DNA from: an uncultured Chloroflexia bacterium
GTDB lineage: Bacteria; Chloroflexota; Limnocylindria; Limnocylindrales; CSP1-4
Assembly: GCA_963740825.1 (NCBI GenBank)
Contig: CAVUFD010000001.1
Coordinates: forward strand, 2,625,543-2,689,542
Direction: 5' to 3'
Length of the DNA stretch: 64,000 nt
Shown here: positions 50,620 to 60,028 of the stretch, in pieces
How the letters are laid out: every line of letters begins with the position of its first letter
Numbering within the stretch: position 1 is the first letter of the stretch
Made by a program: the position numbers and the translations under genes
The notes under the pieces: generated by a model
Database searches by the model: none
Told to the model about the DNA's origin: nothing
What the model saw: the letters and a program-made list of their open reading frames with translations, nothing else

Positions 50620-51681
50620 ATGACCGACCTCGACCAGCGAACGGTGCGCGCGCTCGTGCGCGCGATGCCCAAGGCGGAGCTCCACCTCCACCTCGACGGT
50701 TCGCTCCGGATCGACACCGCGCTCGACATCGCCCGGACACGTGGCATCGACGCCCCGGGCACCTTCGCCGGCATGCGGGGCGTGCTGGTCGGCCCCGACC
50801 AGGCCACCGACCAGGCCGAGCTGCTCGAGGCGTTCGACCTCCCCATCGCCCTGATGCAGGACGCCGAGGCCATCGACCGCATCGCCGCCGACCTCGTCGA
50901 GGACAAGGCCCGCGACAACGTCCGCTACGCGGAGGTCCGCTGGGCGCCGCTCCTCCACACGCAGAAAGGCCTGACCGGCCGGCAGGTCGTCGAGGCCACG
51001 GCGGCCGGTGCCCGGCGGGCGGCGAACGCCGGCGGCATCGAGGCACGGCTGATCGCGACCCTCATGCGCTCGCACCCGCCCGAGGCCAACCTCGCCTTCG
51101 TCCGCGACCTCGAGGCGAGCGGCGTCCCCGACGGCCTGGTCGCGGTCGACCTGGCCGGGCCCGAGGAGCGGTTCCCGGACCCGATGATCCACGCCGAGGC
51201 CTTCGACCTCGCGCGTGCGATCGGCCTCCACGTCACCGCCCACGCCGGCGAGTGGGGCGGCGCGCGGCAGGTCCGCCGGACGCTCGCCCTCGACCCGGAG
51301 CGGATCGCGCACGGCCCGCTCGCCATCGACGATCCCGATCTCGTCGCCGAGCTCGTCCGGCGCGGCACCTGGCTCGACCTGTGCCCCACCTCGAACGTCC
51401 AGGCGCGGATCGTCCCGACCCTCGAGGACCACCCTCTGCTCCGCCTCATGCGGGCGGGCGTCCGGGTCACGCTCAACACCGACGACCTGACGGTGTCCGA
51501 CATCTCGCTCTCGGACGAGTACGAGCGGGCCGTCATGCGGATCGGGGTCTCGATCCCCGGGCTGTGGCGGCTGGACCTCGCGGCTCTCGAGGCCGCATTC
51601 TGCGACGACGCCACCCGCGACCGCCTGCGGGCCGAGTTCCTCGCTTGGGGCGCCGGGATCCCGGAGCTCGCCCAGGCCTGA
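50620..51681 (+). CDS. add: Adenosine deaminase
   Basis: PKAELHLHLDGSLR metal-binding motif at the N-terminus; 353 aa; C-terminal SLSDEYE. Confidence 0.9.
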   Translation: MTDLDQRTVRALVRAMPKAELHLHLDGSLRIDTALDIARTRGIDAPGTFAGMRGVLVGPDQATDQAELLEAFDLPIALMQDAEAIDRIAADLVEDKARDNVRYAEVRWAPLLHTQKGLTGRQVVEATAAGARRAANAGGIEARLIATLMRSHPPEANLAFVRDLEASGVPDGLVAVDLAGPEERFPDPMIHAEAFDLARAIGLHVTAHAGEWGGARQVRRTLALDPERIAHGPLAIDDPDLVAELVRRGTWLDLCPTSNVQARIVPTLEDHPLLRLMRAGVRVTLNTDDLTVSDISLSDEYERAVMRIGVSIPGLWRLDLAALEAAFCDDATRDRLRAEFLAWGAGIPELAQA

Positions 51682-51683
51682 GG

Positions 51684-52241
51684 TCAGCGACCCGGGACGA
51701 GCTTCGTGACCGCGACCCGGATCTCGTCGTCCCGGGCATTGACGTCCGGATCGACGCCCAGCGCCGTCGGGTAGCCGAGGCGGTCGTCGTACTTGAGCTC
51801 GAGCTTGCCGGCGGCGGCGTTGCTGTCGGCGTAGTCGAACAGCTCATCGACTGACATCGGGTAGCCCGTGCGCTGGTCGTCGCTGAGCGCGTGGCCGCCG
51901 ACGGTCGTGCCCGTGACGGCATCGTCCACGACGGTCACCTCGACCGGCTGGCCGCCGCCGAGCCCGCACTCGCAGCCGAACAGCAGCGTCATCCGGTAGC
52001 TGTGGATGCCCTGCTGCGCCCAGATGGCCCGCTGCCGCGCGACCTCATCGAGCTTGGTGGGGTCGGGCGAGGGGACCGCGGTGGGCACGACGGCGATCGG
52101 CGCCTTCGGATGCAGGGCGTCGGGCGGGGTGGGCGTGACCAGCGGGTTGGGGATCGCGCCGCAGCCCGAGATCAGGAACGCCAGCGCGAACGCGACGATC
52201 GGGAACGCGAGGAACGGGATCGCCCGGCGGAGCTCCAGCAC
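51684..52241 (-). CDS. Hypothetical lipoprotein
   Basis: Signal peptide with lipobox FLISGCG. 185 aa, no recognised domain. Confidence 0.55.
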   Translation of the reverse strand: MLELRRAIPFLAFPIVAFALAFLISGCGAIPNPLVTPTPPDALHPKAPIAVVPTAVPSPDPTKLDEVARQRAIWAQQGIHSYRMTLLFGCECGLGGGQPVEVTVVDDAVTGTTVGGHALSDDQRTGYPMSVDELFDYADSNAAAGKLELKYDDRLGYPTALGVDPDVNARDDEIRVAVTKLVPGR

Positions 52242-52297
52242 GCCGCTCAGACGCGCGACCCCCGTGGCGGGTTTCGCGCCGGCCGACGCGTTGCGGC

Positions 52298-53146
52298 TTA
52301 CGAGGCGCCCCCGGCGAGCTCGGTGAGCACGCGCCCGAGCTCCTCGCCGTCGGCGGCGATCCGGGTCGGCCGCTCGTCGGGTGGCAGCGCGTTCGCGACC
52401 TCGCGGGTCGTCACGCCGGTGAGCATCAGGACCGTCCGCGCGCCGACCGCCCGGCCGGCGGCAACGTCGGTCAGCGCGTCGCCGATCATCACGGCGTCCG
52501 ACGCGCGAGCGCCGACCAGCTTCGCCGCCGCCTCGAGCAGGTACGGCTCCGGCTTGCCGATCGTGACCCGGGCCGTCGTGCGGGACGCGACCTCGATGGC
52601 GGCGACCACCGCGCCCGCGCCCGGCCGGAAGCCACGCTCGGTCGGGTAGATCGGGTCCCGATTGGTGGCGATGAGCACGGATCCGGCACGCACGCAGTCG
52701 GCCGCCGCGGCGATTCGCAGGTAGGTCAACTGCGGGTCGAGGCCCACGATGACGGCGTCGGGGTGACCGGCGGCCTCCCAGCCGTCGATCCCCTCCTGGC
52801 TCATGCGCGTCGCCGCGTGCGCGGCGGTGACGGCATCGAGCCCGGCTTCCCGCAGCTCGCGCTCGAGCCCGCTCGCGCCCACCGCCAGCACCCGCCGGAC
52901 CTCGGGCATCTCGTCCCGCACGTACAGCGCGCTCGCGCGCGCGGACGTGACCACGCGATCGCGCCCGGTCGGCGCCCCGTGGCCCTCGAGCCTCGGCAGG
53001 TAGTCGCCGTGGTAGTGCATCGCGTTGTTGGTGACGTACACGACGTCGTCGCCGAGCGCCGCGCGGGCCGCTAGCGCGGGCCCGACGCCGGGGACGCCCT
53101 CGGAGGCGCGGTAGACGACGCCATCGAGATCGACGAGGAGCAGCAC
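52298..53146 (-). CDS. HAD-superfamily hydrolase, subfamily IIA (NagD-like)
   Basis: N-terminal MLLLVDLDGVVY (DxDGT motif I), later TNN and GKPEP...GDALTDV motifs. Confidence 0.8.
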   Translation of the reverse strand: MLLLVDLDGVVYRASEGVPGVGPALAARAALGDDVVYVTNNAMHYHGDYLPRLEGHGAPTGRDRVVTSARASALYVRDEMPEVRRVLAVGASGLERELREAGLDAVTAAHAATRMSQEGIDGWEAAGHPDAVIVGLDPQLTYLRIAAAADCVRAGSVLIATNRDPIYPTERGFRPGAGAVVAAIEVASRTTARVTIGKPEPYLLEAAAKLVGARASDAVMIGDALTDVAAGRAVGARTVLMLTGVTTREVANALPPDERPTRIAADGEELGRVLTELAGGAS

Positions 53147-53168
53147 CGGGCGATGCTACCGTCTGGCC

Positions 53169-53825
53169 ATGCCCGCAACCCCGCCGCCGAGATCAGGCCC
53201 GCCGCAGGGAGGATCGGCGCGATCCCGCTCGCCTCTCGAGGGGACGACGCGTCTGCTCGTCGACGGGACCAACCTGCTGTACCGGATCGGGCGGGTCGGG
53301 GCGGCGCCGCCGGCCGCGATCATCGGACGGCTGCGGGCGGCGATCCCCAGCACCGTGACCATCGACCTCGTGTTCGACGGCGTCGGGCACGGCGTCTTCG
53401 GGCGGGTCGCCCAGGGGATGACCGTGCGGTACTCGGGCTACGGCGGCAGGCGCACGGCCGACGACGTGCTGCTCGACCTGGCGTCCGAGGCGGCGATGGA
53501 GGCGGGAGGCGGGTCGGCGGGCGCCGTCGGCGTCCTCGCCGTGACCAACGACCGTGAGCTGCGCGAGCGCCTGCACGCAAAGGGCGCCCGCACCGTGCCC
53601 ATCCAGTGGTTGCTGGGCAGGCTCGCCCTGCCGGTCATGGCCTCGGCCGCGCCGGGGAACCGCCGACCACCGTCGATCGGCGCTGGCGCGTCGGGCCCCA
53701 GGGGGTCGCACGGCGACGAGGACGGCGATCGTCCCGGATGGAAGCCCGGGCGCGGCGCGACGACGAAAACGGGGCCTGCCCGCAAGGTCGCACGCCACAA
53801 GCGCCACCCGCGCCACCCCGCCTGA
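53169..53825 (+). CDS. NYN/YacP-like domain protein with disordered basic C-terminal tail
   Basis: LLVDGTNLLYRIG...VTIDLVFDG is a NYN (PIN-like) pattern. C-terminal 70 aa is Gly/Arg/Lys-rich. The start is only 22 bp from the divergent HAD start, so the true start may be downstream. Confidence 0.55.
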   Translation: MPATPPPRSGPPQGGSARSRSPLEGTTRLLVDGTNLLYRIGRVGAAPPAAIIGRLRAAIPSTVTIDLVFDGVGHGVFGRVAQGMTVRYSGYGGRRTADDVLLDLASEAAMEAGGGSAGAVGVLAVTNDRELRERLHAKGARTVPIQWLLGRLALPVMASAAPGNRRPPSIGAGASGPRGSHGDEDGDRPGWKPGRGATTKTGPARKVARHKRHPRHPA

Positions 53826-53870
53826 CCCGGGCCGTTCGCCCGGGCCGGCGCTTCGGACGCCAGGCCGGCC

Positions 53871-54338
53871 TCAGCTCACCGCCTTCTTCACGATTGTCGC
53901 GATCCTCGCCTCGTCGGCGGCCGTCAGCTCCGTCAGGGCGTAGGACGTCGGCCACATTGTGCCGTCGTCGAGGTTCGCCTCGTCGCTGAAGCCGAGCGTC
54001 GCGTACCTCGTCTTGAACTTCTGCGCGGCTTGGAAGAAGCAGACGACCTTGCCCTCCTTGGCGTACGCGGGCTGCCCGTACCAGAGTCTCGACGAGAGGT
54101 CGGGGGCGCTGGCCTTGATCAGCGCGTGGAGCCGCTCGGCCATGACGCGATCCGGTCCCGGCATCTCCGTGATCTTCTTGAGCACCTCGGTCTCGACGTC
54201 CGCGTCGGCCGATCGTTTCGCATCCGCCTTCTGCTCCCTGGCGCGCTCCTTCATCGCGTCTCGCTCATCGTCCGTGAAGACCTTCTTCGTCATCCCGGTC
54301 GTACTCGCGCCCCTGGCGGGCGTCTGGGTGTCCTTCAT
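53871..54338 (-). CDS. DUF1801 (YdhG-like) domain protein
   Basis: 155 aa. The [19 protein letters not shown] pattern is typical of DUF1801 proteins. Confidence 0.5.
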   Translation of the reverse strand: MKDTQTPARGASTTGMTKKVFTDDERDAMKERAREQKADAKRSADADVETEVLKKITEMPGPDRVMAERLHALIKASAPDLSSRLWYGQPAYAKEGKVVCFFQAAQKFKTRYATLGFSDEANLDDGTMWPTSYALTELTAADEARIATIVKKAVS

Positions 54339-54517
54339 GGGGTACCTCGGTTGGGCGTCGGTGATGGGGTCGATCCCATGCTAGGCGCGGCGTCGCGGCA
54401 TCGGCTTTCGAACGCTGCTCGATGCTGACGAGCGCGCGACAATGCGGGTGTGGGCCGCCTCCTGGCGTCCTCGGACGGCGCCGGGCCCCGATCGGAACGG
54501 ACTGCTAGGATTCCGCC

Positions 54518-54988
54518 GTGATCGAGCAGCTGGACGAGACCTGGACGGGGATCCTGCAGTTCCTCAACGGCATCGTCGTCCCCGATTGGGGCGGCCTCGT
54601 CAACCTGCTGCCGATCTTCCTGATCATCGGGGTCGTCGGCCCTCTGCTCTCGCTCCTCGTCCTGTTCTGGTTCGTCTACCTCGTGCGCAAGCCGCGGACC
54701 CGCGTCGCGTACGTCGAGCCCCGCCGGCCGGCGCCGCGCGACGAGCAGGGCAGCCCCGTCTTCCCGGCCGGTGAGCCGTATTCGGTCGCCGAGGCGATGA
54801 TCTACGAGCCCGGCGCAACGCGGTCCGAGGCCGGCGACCCGCTCCTGGTCCGCTGCCCCAAGTGCGACCTCGTCCGGCCCGCCGAGATCGACACCTGCGG
54901 CAACTGCGGGCTCGCGTTCGTGATCCGCCAGCCGACGATCTCCGTCCGACCCGCCGGTCCGCCGCCCGGCGGCGCCGCGGTCGCCTGA
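54518..54988 (+). CDS. Membrane protein with C-terminal zinc-ribbon
   Basis: Two TM helices (LVNLLPIFLIIGVVGPLLSLLVLFWFVYLV) then CPKCD...CGNCG. Immediately upstream of ccsB. Confidence 0.5.
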   Translation: MIEQLDETWTGILQFLNGIVVPDWGGLVNLLPIFLIIGVVGPLLSLLVLFWFVYLVRKPRTRVAYVEPRRPAPRDEQGSPVFPAGEPYSVAEAMIYEPGATRSEAGDPLLVRCPKCDLVRPAEIDTCGNCGLAFVIRQPTISVRPAGPPPGGAAVA

Positions 54989-54999
54989 CAGGTCCCCTG

Positions 55000-55938
55000 A
55001 TGGCCCAGGCCTCGTCGATCCTGTTCGTCCTCGGCGCGATCGTCGTCGCGCTCGGGTTCGCCGCCCACGTCGGCCACGCGGTCCTGCTCGCCAACGGCCG
55101 GCGCGTGCTCGCCTTTGCCCCCGCCCGCCAGCCCGCCTTCGCCACGGGCGGCGTCACCGGCTCGTTCGTCACCGAGCACACGGCCGCGGCCAACGCGCCG
55201 CTCGACCTGGCGCAGTCGCCGAGCCCGCTGTCCGGGGCCGCGATCGTGCTCACGGCCGCGGGCTTCGGCCTCCTCGTCGCCTCGCTGGTCACGCGCGGGA
55301 TCGTCGTCGGGCGCGGGCCGTACGGGAACCTGTACGAGTTCTCCGTCGCGTTCGCGACCTCGATCCTCGCCGGCTACCTGCTGCTCCAGCGCCGCTACCC
55401 GATCCGCCAGATCGGCTTCATCCCGGTGGGGGTGTCGCTGGCGCTGCTGCTCTACGCCTCCTCGCTGCCGTCGGACATCGAGGCCCTCGTCCCCGCGCTC
55501 CAGTTCCCGGCCATGCTCACGATCCACGTCGGCATGGCGGTGCTCTCGTACGGGATCTTCGCGACCGCGTTCGCGGCCGGGATCGGGTACCTCGTGCAGG
55601 GCCATGAGGACCGGTTCGCGTGGCTGCCGTCGCACAAGACGCTCGACGAGGTCGCCTACCGCTCGGTGATCATCGCCTTCCCGATCTTCGCGACCATGAT
55701 CATCCTCGGCTCCTGGTGGGCCTCGATCGCCTGGTCGCGCTACTGGGGCTGGGACCCCAAGGAGACCGCGGCGCTGGTGACCTGGCTGACCTACGCGATC
55801 TACCTCCACGCGCGCAACCAGCGGCGGTGGGCGGGGCGGCCCGCGGCGCTGCTGCTGGTGGTCGGGTTCGGGATGGTGCTGGTCACGTACTCGGGCAGCC
55901 TCTGGTTCTCCGGGCTGCACGCCTATAGCGGGCTGTAG
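55000..55938 (+). CDS. ccsB: Cytochrome c-type biogenesis protein CcsB/ResC (CcsA family haem exporter)
   Basis: ATG at 55000. Trp-rich WWD-like motif WWASIAWSRYWGWDPKE and conserved His-containing TM helices. Confidence 0.8.
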   Translation: MAQASSILFVLGAIVVALGFAAHVGHAVLLANGRRVLAFAPARQPAFATGGVTGSFVTEHTAAANAPLDLAQSPSPLSGAAIVLTAAGFGLLVASLVTRGIVVGRGPYGNLYEFSVAFATSILAGYLLLQRRYPIRQIGFIPVGVSLALLLYASSLPSDIEALVPALQFPAMLTIHVGMAVLSYGIFATAFAAGIGYLVQGHEDRFAWLPSHKTLDEVAYRSVIIAFPIFATMIILGSWWASIAWSRYWGWDPKETAALVTWLTYAIYLHARNQRRWAGRPAALLLVVGFGMVLVTYSGSLWFSGLHAYSGL

Positions 55939-56163
55939 CGCGGGCCAATCGGCCGATCGCTGGCGGCCCGAGCACGAGCCGCGTTCCTCGTCCCTCCTTC
56001 CCGTTTACGCGCGGGTGGAGTGTTGTAGACGGCCGATCCATCGTTGCCACTCCGCCTACGCCTGAGCGTGGTGCCACGAGGTGGCGCGAACCGGTGATCA
56101 CCTACAAGACCACCCGGAGGCGTAACCGAGCCCGGCGCGACCTCGCCTGGGGCGCGCGCCCGA

Positions 56164-57282
56164 TCAGGCCTTCGCGCTCCCGTCCCGGGTCAGCAATCCC
56201 GCGAGCGCGCCCGCGATGACGCCGGCCAGCACGAGGATCACGGCGAGCATGCCGGTCGAGGCGGGCTCGGGGCGGCGCGACGGGACGACGACCGGCTCCG
56301 GCCGCGGTCGGGGCGCGAGCGGCGCGACAGGCGGGACCACGCCGGGCCCGGCATCCTCCGCCGCCGCCGGATCGGTGGTGGTCTTGATCTCGCGCTGGCG
56401 GGCGGCGATGTGCTCGGGCGCGTGGTCCTTCGCCAGCAACGAGGTGAGCTCCGCCGAGACGAGCAGCAGCACGGCGGTGAGGTAGAACCACAGCATCAGC
56501 ACGACCACGCCGCCAAGCGCCCCATATGTGTTCGAGTAGTTGGCGAAGTTGGCGACGTACAAGGCGAACACCGCGGTCGCCACGACCCAGCCGATCGCGA
56601 ACACCAGTCCGCCCACCATCGGCCAACGGAATGGCACGGCCACGTTGGGCGCGAAGCGGAGCAGGATCGCGACGGCGAGCGCGACCAGCACCAGCATCAG
56701 CGGCCAGCGCGCGAGCGCGATCACGTCCCAGGTGCCCGCCGGCACACCGAGGATCCGCACGATCTCCTGGGTCAGGAGGCTGCCGCCGACGATCGTCACG
56801 AACGCGACCAGGATCCCGGCGGTGCCGAGCAGCGTCAGCCCGGCGGCCACGCCGGTCTTGGCGAAGAAGTTGCGGGTCTCGGGCACGTCGTACGCGGCGT
56901 TGAGCGACGTCTGCAGCGCGCCGATCCCGCCGGTCGCCGCCCACAGCGCGCCGAGCGCGCCGATCGTCAGCAGCCCGGGCCGGGTGTCGCCGAGGACAGC
57001 CTGGAACTGCGGGGTCAGCTGGGCCGCGATGTCCGGCGGCAGGTTGTCGCCGACGGCCCGCATGATGTCGTTGGTCGGATCGCCCAGGCCGAGCCAGCCC
57101 GCGACGTAGGCGGCCAGCGCGGCGACGAAGATCGCGAACGGGAACAGCGCGAACAGGAAGCGGTACGCGAGGCCCGCCGCGCGGTCGAACACCTCGTCGC
57201 CCATCGTCTGCTTGAGCAGGCGCTCTCCGAAGTCGATGGCGGGCGAATCGGGCAGGCGAGGCAGCTTCGGCAGGTCGGGCAT
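56164..57282 (-). CDS. YihY/BrkB family membrane protein
   Basis: AAGLAYRFLFALFPFAIFVAAL is the YihY hallmark. 6 TM helices with a Pro-rich C-terminal tail. Confidence 0.8.
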   Translation of the reverse strand: MPDLPKLPRLPDSPAIDFGERLLKQTMGDEVFDRAAGLAYRFLFALFPFAIFVAALAAYVAGWLGLGDPTNDIMRAVGDNLPPDIAAQLTPQFQAVLGDTRPGLLTIGALGALWAATGGIGALQTSLNAAYDVPETRNFFAKTGVAAGLTLLGTAGILVAFVTIVGGSLLTQEIVRILGVPAGTWDVIALARWPLMLVLVALAVAILLRFAPNVAVPFRWPMVGGLVFAIGWVVATAVFALYVANFANYSNTYGALGGVVVLMLWFYLTAVLLLVSAELTSLLAKDHAPEHIAARQREIKTTTDPAAAEDAGPGVVPPVAPLAPRPRPEPVVVPSRRPEPASTGMLAVILVLAGVIAGALAGLLTRDGSAKA

Positions 57283-57349
57283 GCGGCCATCTCAGCGGCC
57301 CAGCGGCTCCGTTCGCGCCGCTTCGACGGCCGTTCCAATCGCAGCCGCG

Positions 57350-57402
57350 TTGCACCCCTGCCACACAAGCCAAATGGGGTGCAAGGTCCTATGCAAGGTC
57401 CC
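57350..57402. promoter_or_regulatory. Inverted repeat TTGCACCCC-N17-GGGGTGCAA overlapping the direct repeat GCAAGGTCC x2 in the YihY/TadE divergent intergenic region
   Basis: TTGCACCCC at 57350-58; GGGGTGCAA at 57376-84; GCAAGGTCC at 57381-89 and 57393-401. Confidence 0.3.
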
Positions 57403-57648
57403 CTGCCCGCGCGCGACACCCGGTACCTTCGGGGTCGGGGTGCTTCGGTGTTCGAGGGCAACGAACACGATCGAATCGGGGTCATGGGACCTCCGGCCTC
57501 CGCGGCGGAACGGTGCGTCCGAGCACGAACGCGCGTAGTACTGATGGTGTATTGAGGCGCATGACCCTGCCCCGAAGGATGCGGGGACCGGCGACGAGGG
57601 TGCTGCAACCGGGGGCACGCCAGGCCGGCCCATCCGAAGGGTTGACGA

Positions 57649-58101
57649 ATGAGGTCTCGGGCATCCGCCCAGCGACGCAGGCTTGGTCGCGATCGACGCG
57701 GTCAGTCGCTGGTTGAATTCACGCTGGTGATTCCGCTGTTCCTCCTGCTCGTCGCGGGCATGGTCGACTTCGGCATCGGCCTGTACTCGAACATCACGGT
57801 CATCAACGCCGCCCGCGAGGGGGCCCGCCTCAGCGTCACGGCGCCGGGCGACCCCGCTGCGGTCGAGGCGCGGGTCCGTGCCATGGCGTCGGGCCTCAAC
57901 GACTCGGACATGACGGTCACCACGACCTGCCAGCGTCCCGATCCGGCGCCCGCCACCACCTGGCACGCCTGCTCCGGCACGCCGTGGGCGCCGGGCGACG
58001 CGGTCGTCGTCAAGGTCGACTACGTCTACCACATGATCTGGCCGCTGGCCTTCGGCAACAAGATCCCGATGTCGTCCACCGTCCGAATGCGGATCGAGTG
58101 A
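57649..58101 (+). CDS. TadE-like pilus assembly protein
   Basis: N-terminal RGQSLVEFTLVIPLFLLLVAGMVDFG is the TadE/TadG pseudopilin-type hydrophobic segment. 150 aa. Confidence 0.75.
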   Translation: MRSRASAQRRRLGRDRRGQSLVEFTLVIPLFLLLVAGMVDFGIGLYSNITVINAAREGARLSVTAPGDPAAVEARVRAMASGLNDSDMTVTTTCQRPDPAPATTWHACSGTPWAPGDAVVVKVDYVYHMIWPLAFGNKIPMSSTVRMRIE

Positions 58102-58103
58102 CG

Positions 58104-59582
58104 ATGTTCCGCATCCGATCGCGCGCCGGCCGCACCTTCGTCGGCCCCAACCGCGCCGCGCTCCGGCGCACCTTCACCACCCCCGAGCGGACCGAGATGC
58201 GTCGCAGCTTCGTCGCGCTCATCCGACCCAAGCCGGCGAAGCCCGCCCGCCGCGACGGCGAGCGCGGCCAGGTCATCGTCCTGTTCACGTTCTTCATCGT
58301 CGTGCTGCTCGGGTTCGCGGCCATCGTCGTCGACCTGGGCGTGCTCCGGAACGCCAACCAGAACCTGTGGAACGCGCTCGACAGCGGGGCGCTGGCCGGC
58401 GCCTCGGCCCTCCCGGCCGACGGCAACGCCGCGAAGCTCACCGCCATGCAGTACGCGAACAGCAACTACCCGGGCGCGATCCCGCCCGGTCGCGTGAGCC
58501 AGAGCTTCCGCTGCCTGATCGGTGACCGGAACCACGACAACCTCCCCGACCTGTCGGACATCCCCATGACATGCAACCCGGGGGTGGTGGCGCCCTCGGC
58601 CTGGCGCTGCGGCCACGGTATCTGCACCGCGCCCTGCGACCCGGCCGAGGGCGACACCTGCAACACGCTGGTCATGACCGGCTCGGTGAGCGTGCCGTTC
58701 CGCTTCGGCGGCGCGGTCGGGGTCAACGACGGCGACACGCAGGTCGTCACCTCCGCCGCCTGCAAGGGCCCCTGCGGGTCGGAGCCGGTGGCCCTGGTCG
58801 ACGTCGCGTTGATCGTCGACCGGACGAGCTCCATGAGCGGCGTCGACACGACCAACGCGCGGAATGCCGCCGACTCGGTTCGCAAGCTCTACAACCCGGC
58901 AGCGCAGTGGCTGTCGTTCGGGATGCTCGGACCGAGCAACGTAAGTGCCGGGTCGTGTTCCACGACGCCGGCGTCCTCGATCGGCACGGCCGGGGCGCCG
59001 ACCGACCTCCGCCGCTGGGTGCCGGTGGGCCTGTCCGGCACGGGCTCGTCGTTCGCCTCCGACTACTCGGCCGCGACCTCGCCGATGGCCCGCGCGATCG
59101 CCTGCTTCACCAACTCGAGCACCGGCACCGACCTCACGGACCCGATCCCGATGGCGGTGTACGACCTCACCCACAACGGCCGCGCCGGCGTGAACAAGGG
59201 AATCATCCTGATGTCCGACGGCCAGCCGAACGCCTCGACCACGTCGACCTCCAACTACTGCAACCAGGCGAACGCCGCCGCGACGGCCGCCAAGGCCGCC
59301 GGGATCGAGATCTTCACGGTGGGCTTCGGGCTCGACGGCAGCAACGACATCGCGTGCCCGGACACCTCCGGCGCGTGGAAGGGGAAGATGGCCTCGGCGC
59401 TCCTCGCGAGCATGGCCACCACCTCGGTCGCCGAGGCGGGCTGCCCCACCACCGAGAACACCGACAACGACCACTACTTCTGCGTTCCGAAGACGGCTGG
59501 CGCCTCCGCCAACCTCTCGAACGCCTTCAAGACGGCGGCCACGTCACTCGCGCAGGGAACCAAGCTCGTCGAGCTGCCATAG
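58104..59582 (+). CDS. TadG-like (Tad N-terminal domain) protein with von Willebrand factor A domain and Cys-rich insert
   Basis: ATG overlaps the TadE TGA region. QVIVLFTFFIVVLLGFAAIVVDLG Tad-type N-terminus. MIDAS-like DRTSSMSG and LMSDGQPN. Six-plus Cys in CNPG..CGHGICTAPCD..CN. Confidence 0.7.
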   Translation: MFRIRSRAGRTFVGPNRAALRRTFTTPERTEMRRSFVALIRPKPAKPARRDGERGQVIVLFTFFIVVLLGFAAIVVDLGVLRNANQNLWNALDSGALAGASALPADGNAAKLTAMQYANSNYPGAIPPGRVSQSFRCLIGDRNHDNLPDLSDIPMTCNPGVVAPSAWRCGHGICTAPCDPAEGDTCNTLVMTGSVSVPFRFGGAVGVNDGDTQVVTSAACKGPCGSEPVALVDVALIVDRTSSMSGVDTTNARNAADSVRKLYNPAAQWLSFGMLGPSNVSAGSCSTTPASSIGTAGAPTDLRRWVPVGLSGTGSSFASDYSAATSPMARAIACFTNSSTGTDLTDPIPMAVYDLTHNGRAGVNKGIILMSDGQPNASTTSTSNYCNQANAAATAAKAAGIEIFTVGFGLDGSNDIACPDTSGAWKGKMASALLASMATTSVAEAGCPTTENTDNDHYFCVPKTAGASANLSNAFKTAATSLAQGTKLVELP

Positions 59583-59763
59583 GAATTGGCTCGGCGGGCC
59601 GACCCTCGGGGGCGGCGACCGATACGTGCGGCAACGAAGGGGACGGGCGACCGTCCCCTTCTTGCTGTCCGGAACCTGGCCGGGATCTGAGCCGGCCCGA
59701 GCCCACGGTCCGCGCCGCCCCGGCCCGCGTCGCGCCGATCTCGTCGAGGCCCAACCCCGCCAT

Positions 59764-60028
59764 GCACCCGCCAGGCGAGTGCTAAACTGCCGGCGGGGCT
59801 CGCACTCCGCCACGCACTTGCCAGGTGAGTTCCATCGGGCGGAGCGGGTGCGTCACGCTTCCAGGCACTCGCGACCGGAGTACTCGGCGAACCAGGCGCC
59901 CGAGGGGATCGCCCAACACTCGCCTGATGAGTGGGTGGCGATCTAGCGTCGGGGGTCCACGCTCGGCCTCCGACCGCTGACGCGTCGGACTGGGGCGAAC
60001 TCACGATTAGCACTCGTGCCACGAGTGG
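59764..60028. repeat. Cluster 2 of the same degenerate 19-bp palindromic repeat family (GCACTCG-N5-CGAGTRC), 5 copies at about 50-60 bp spacing
   Basis: Units at 59764-82 (GCACCCGCCAGGCGAGTGC), 59814-32, 59865-83 (GCACTCGCGACCGGAGTAC), 59925-43 and 60010-28 (GCACTCGTGCCACGAGTGG). Same orientation as cluster 1. Spans the intergenic region after the TadG-like gene and the 3' end of the XRE gene. Confidence 0.6.
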
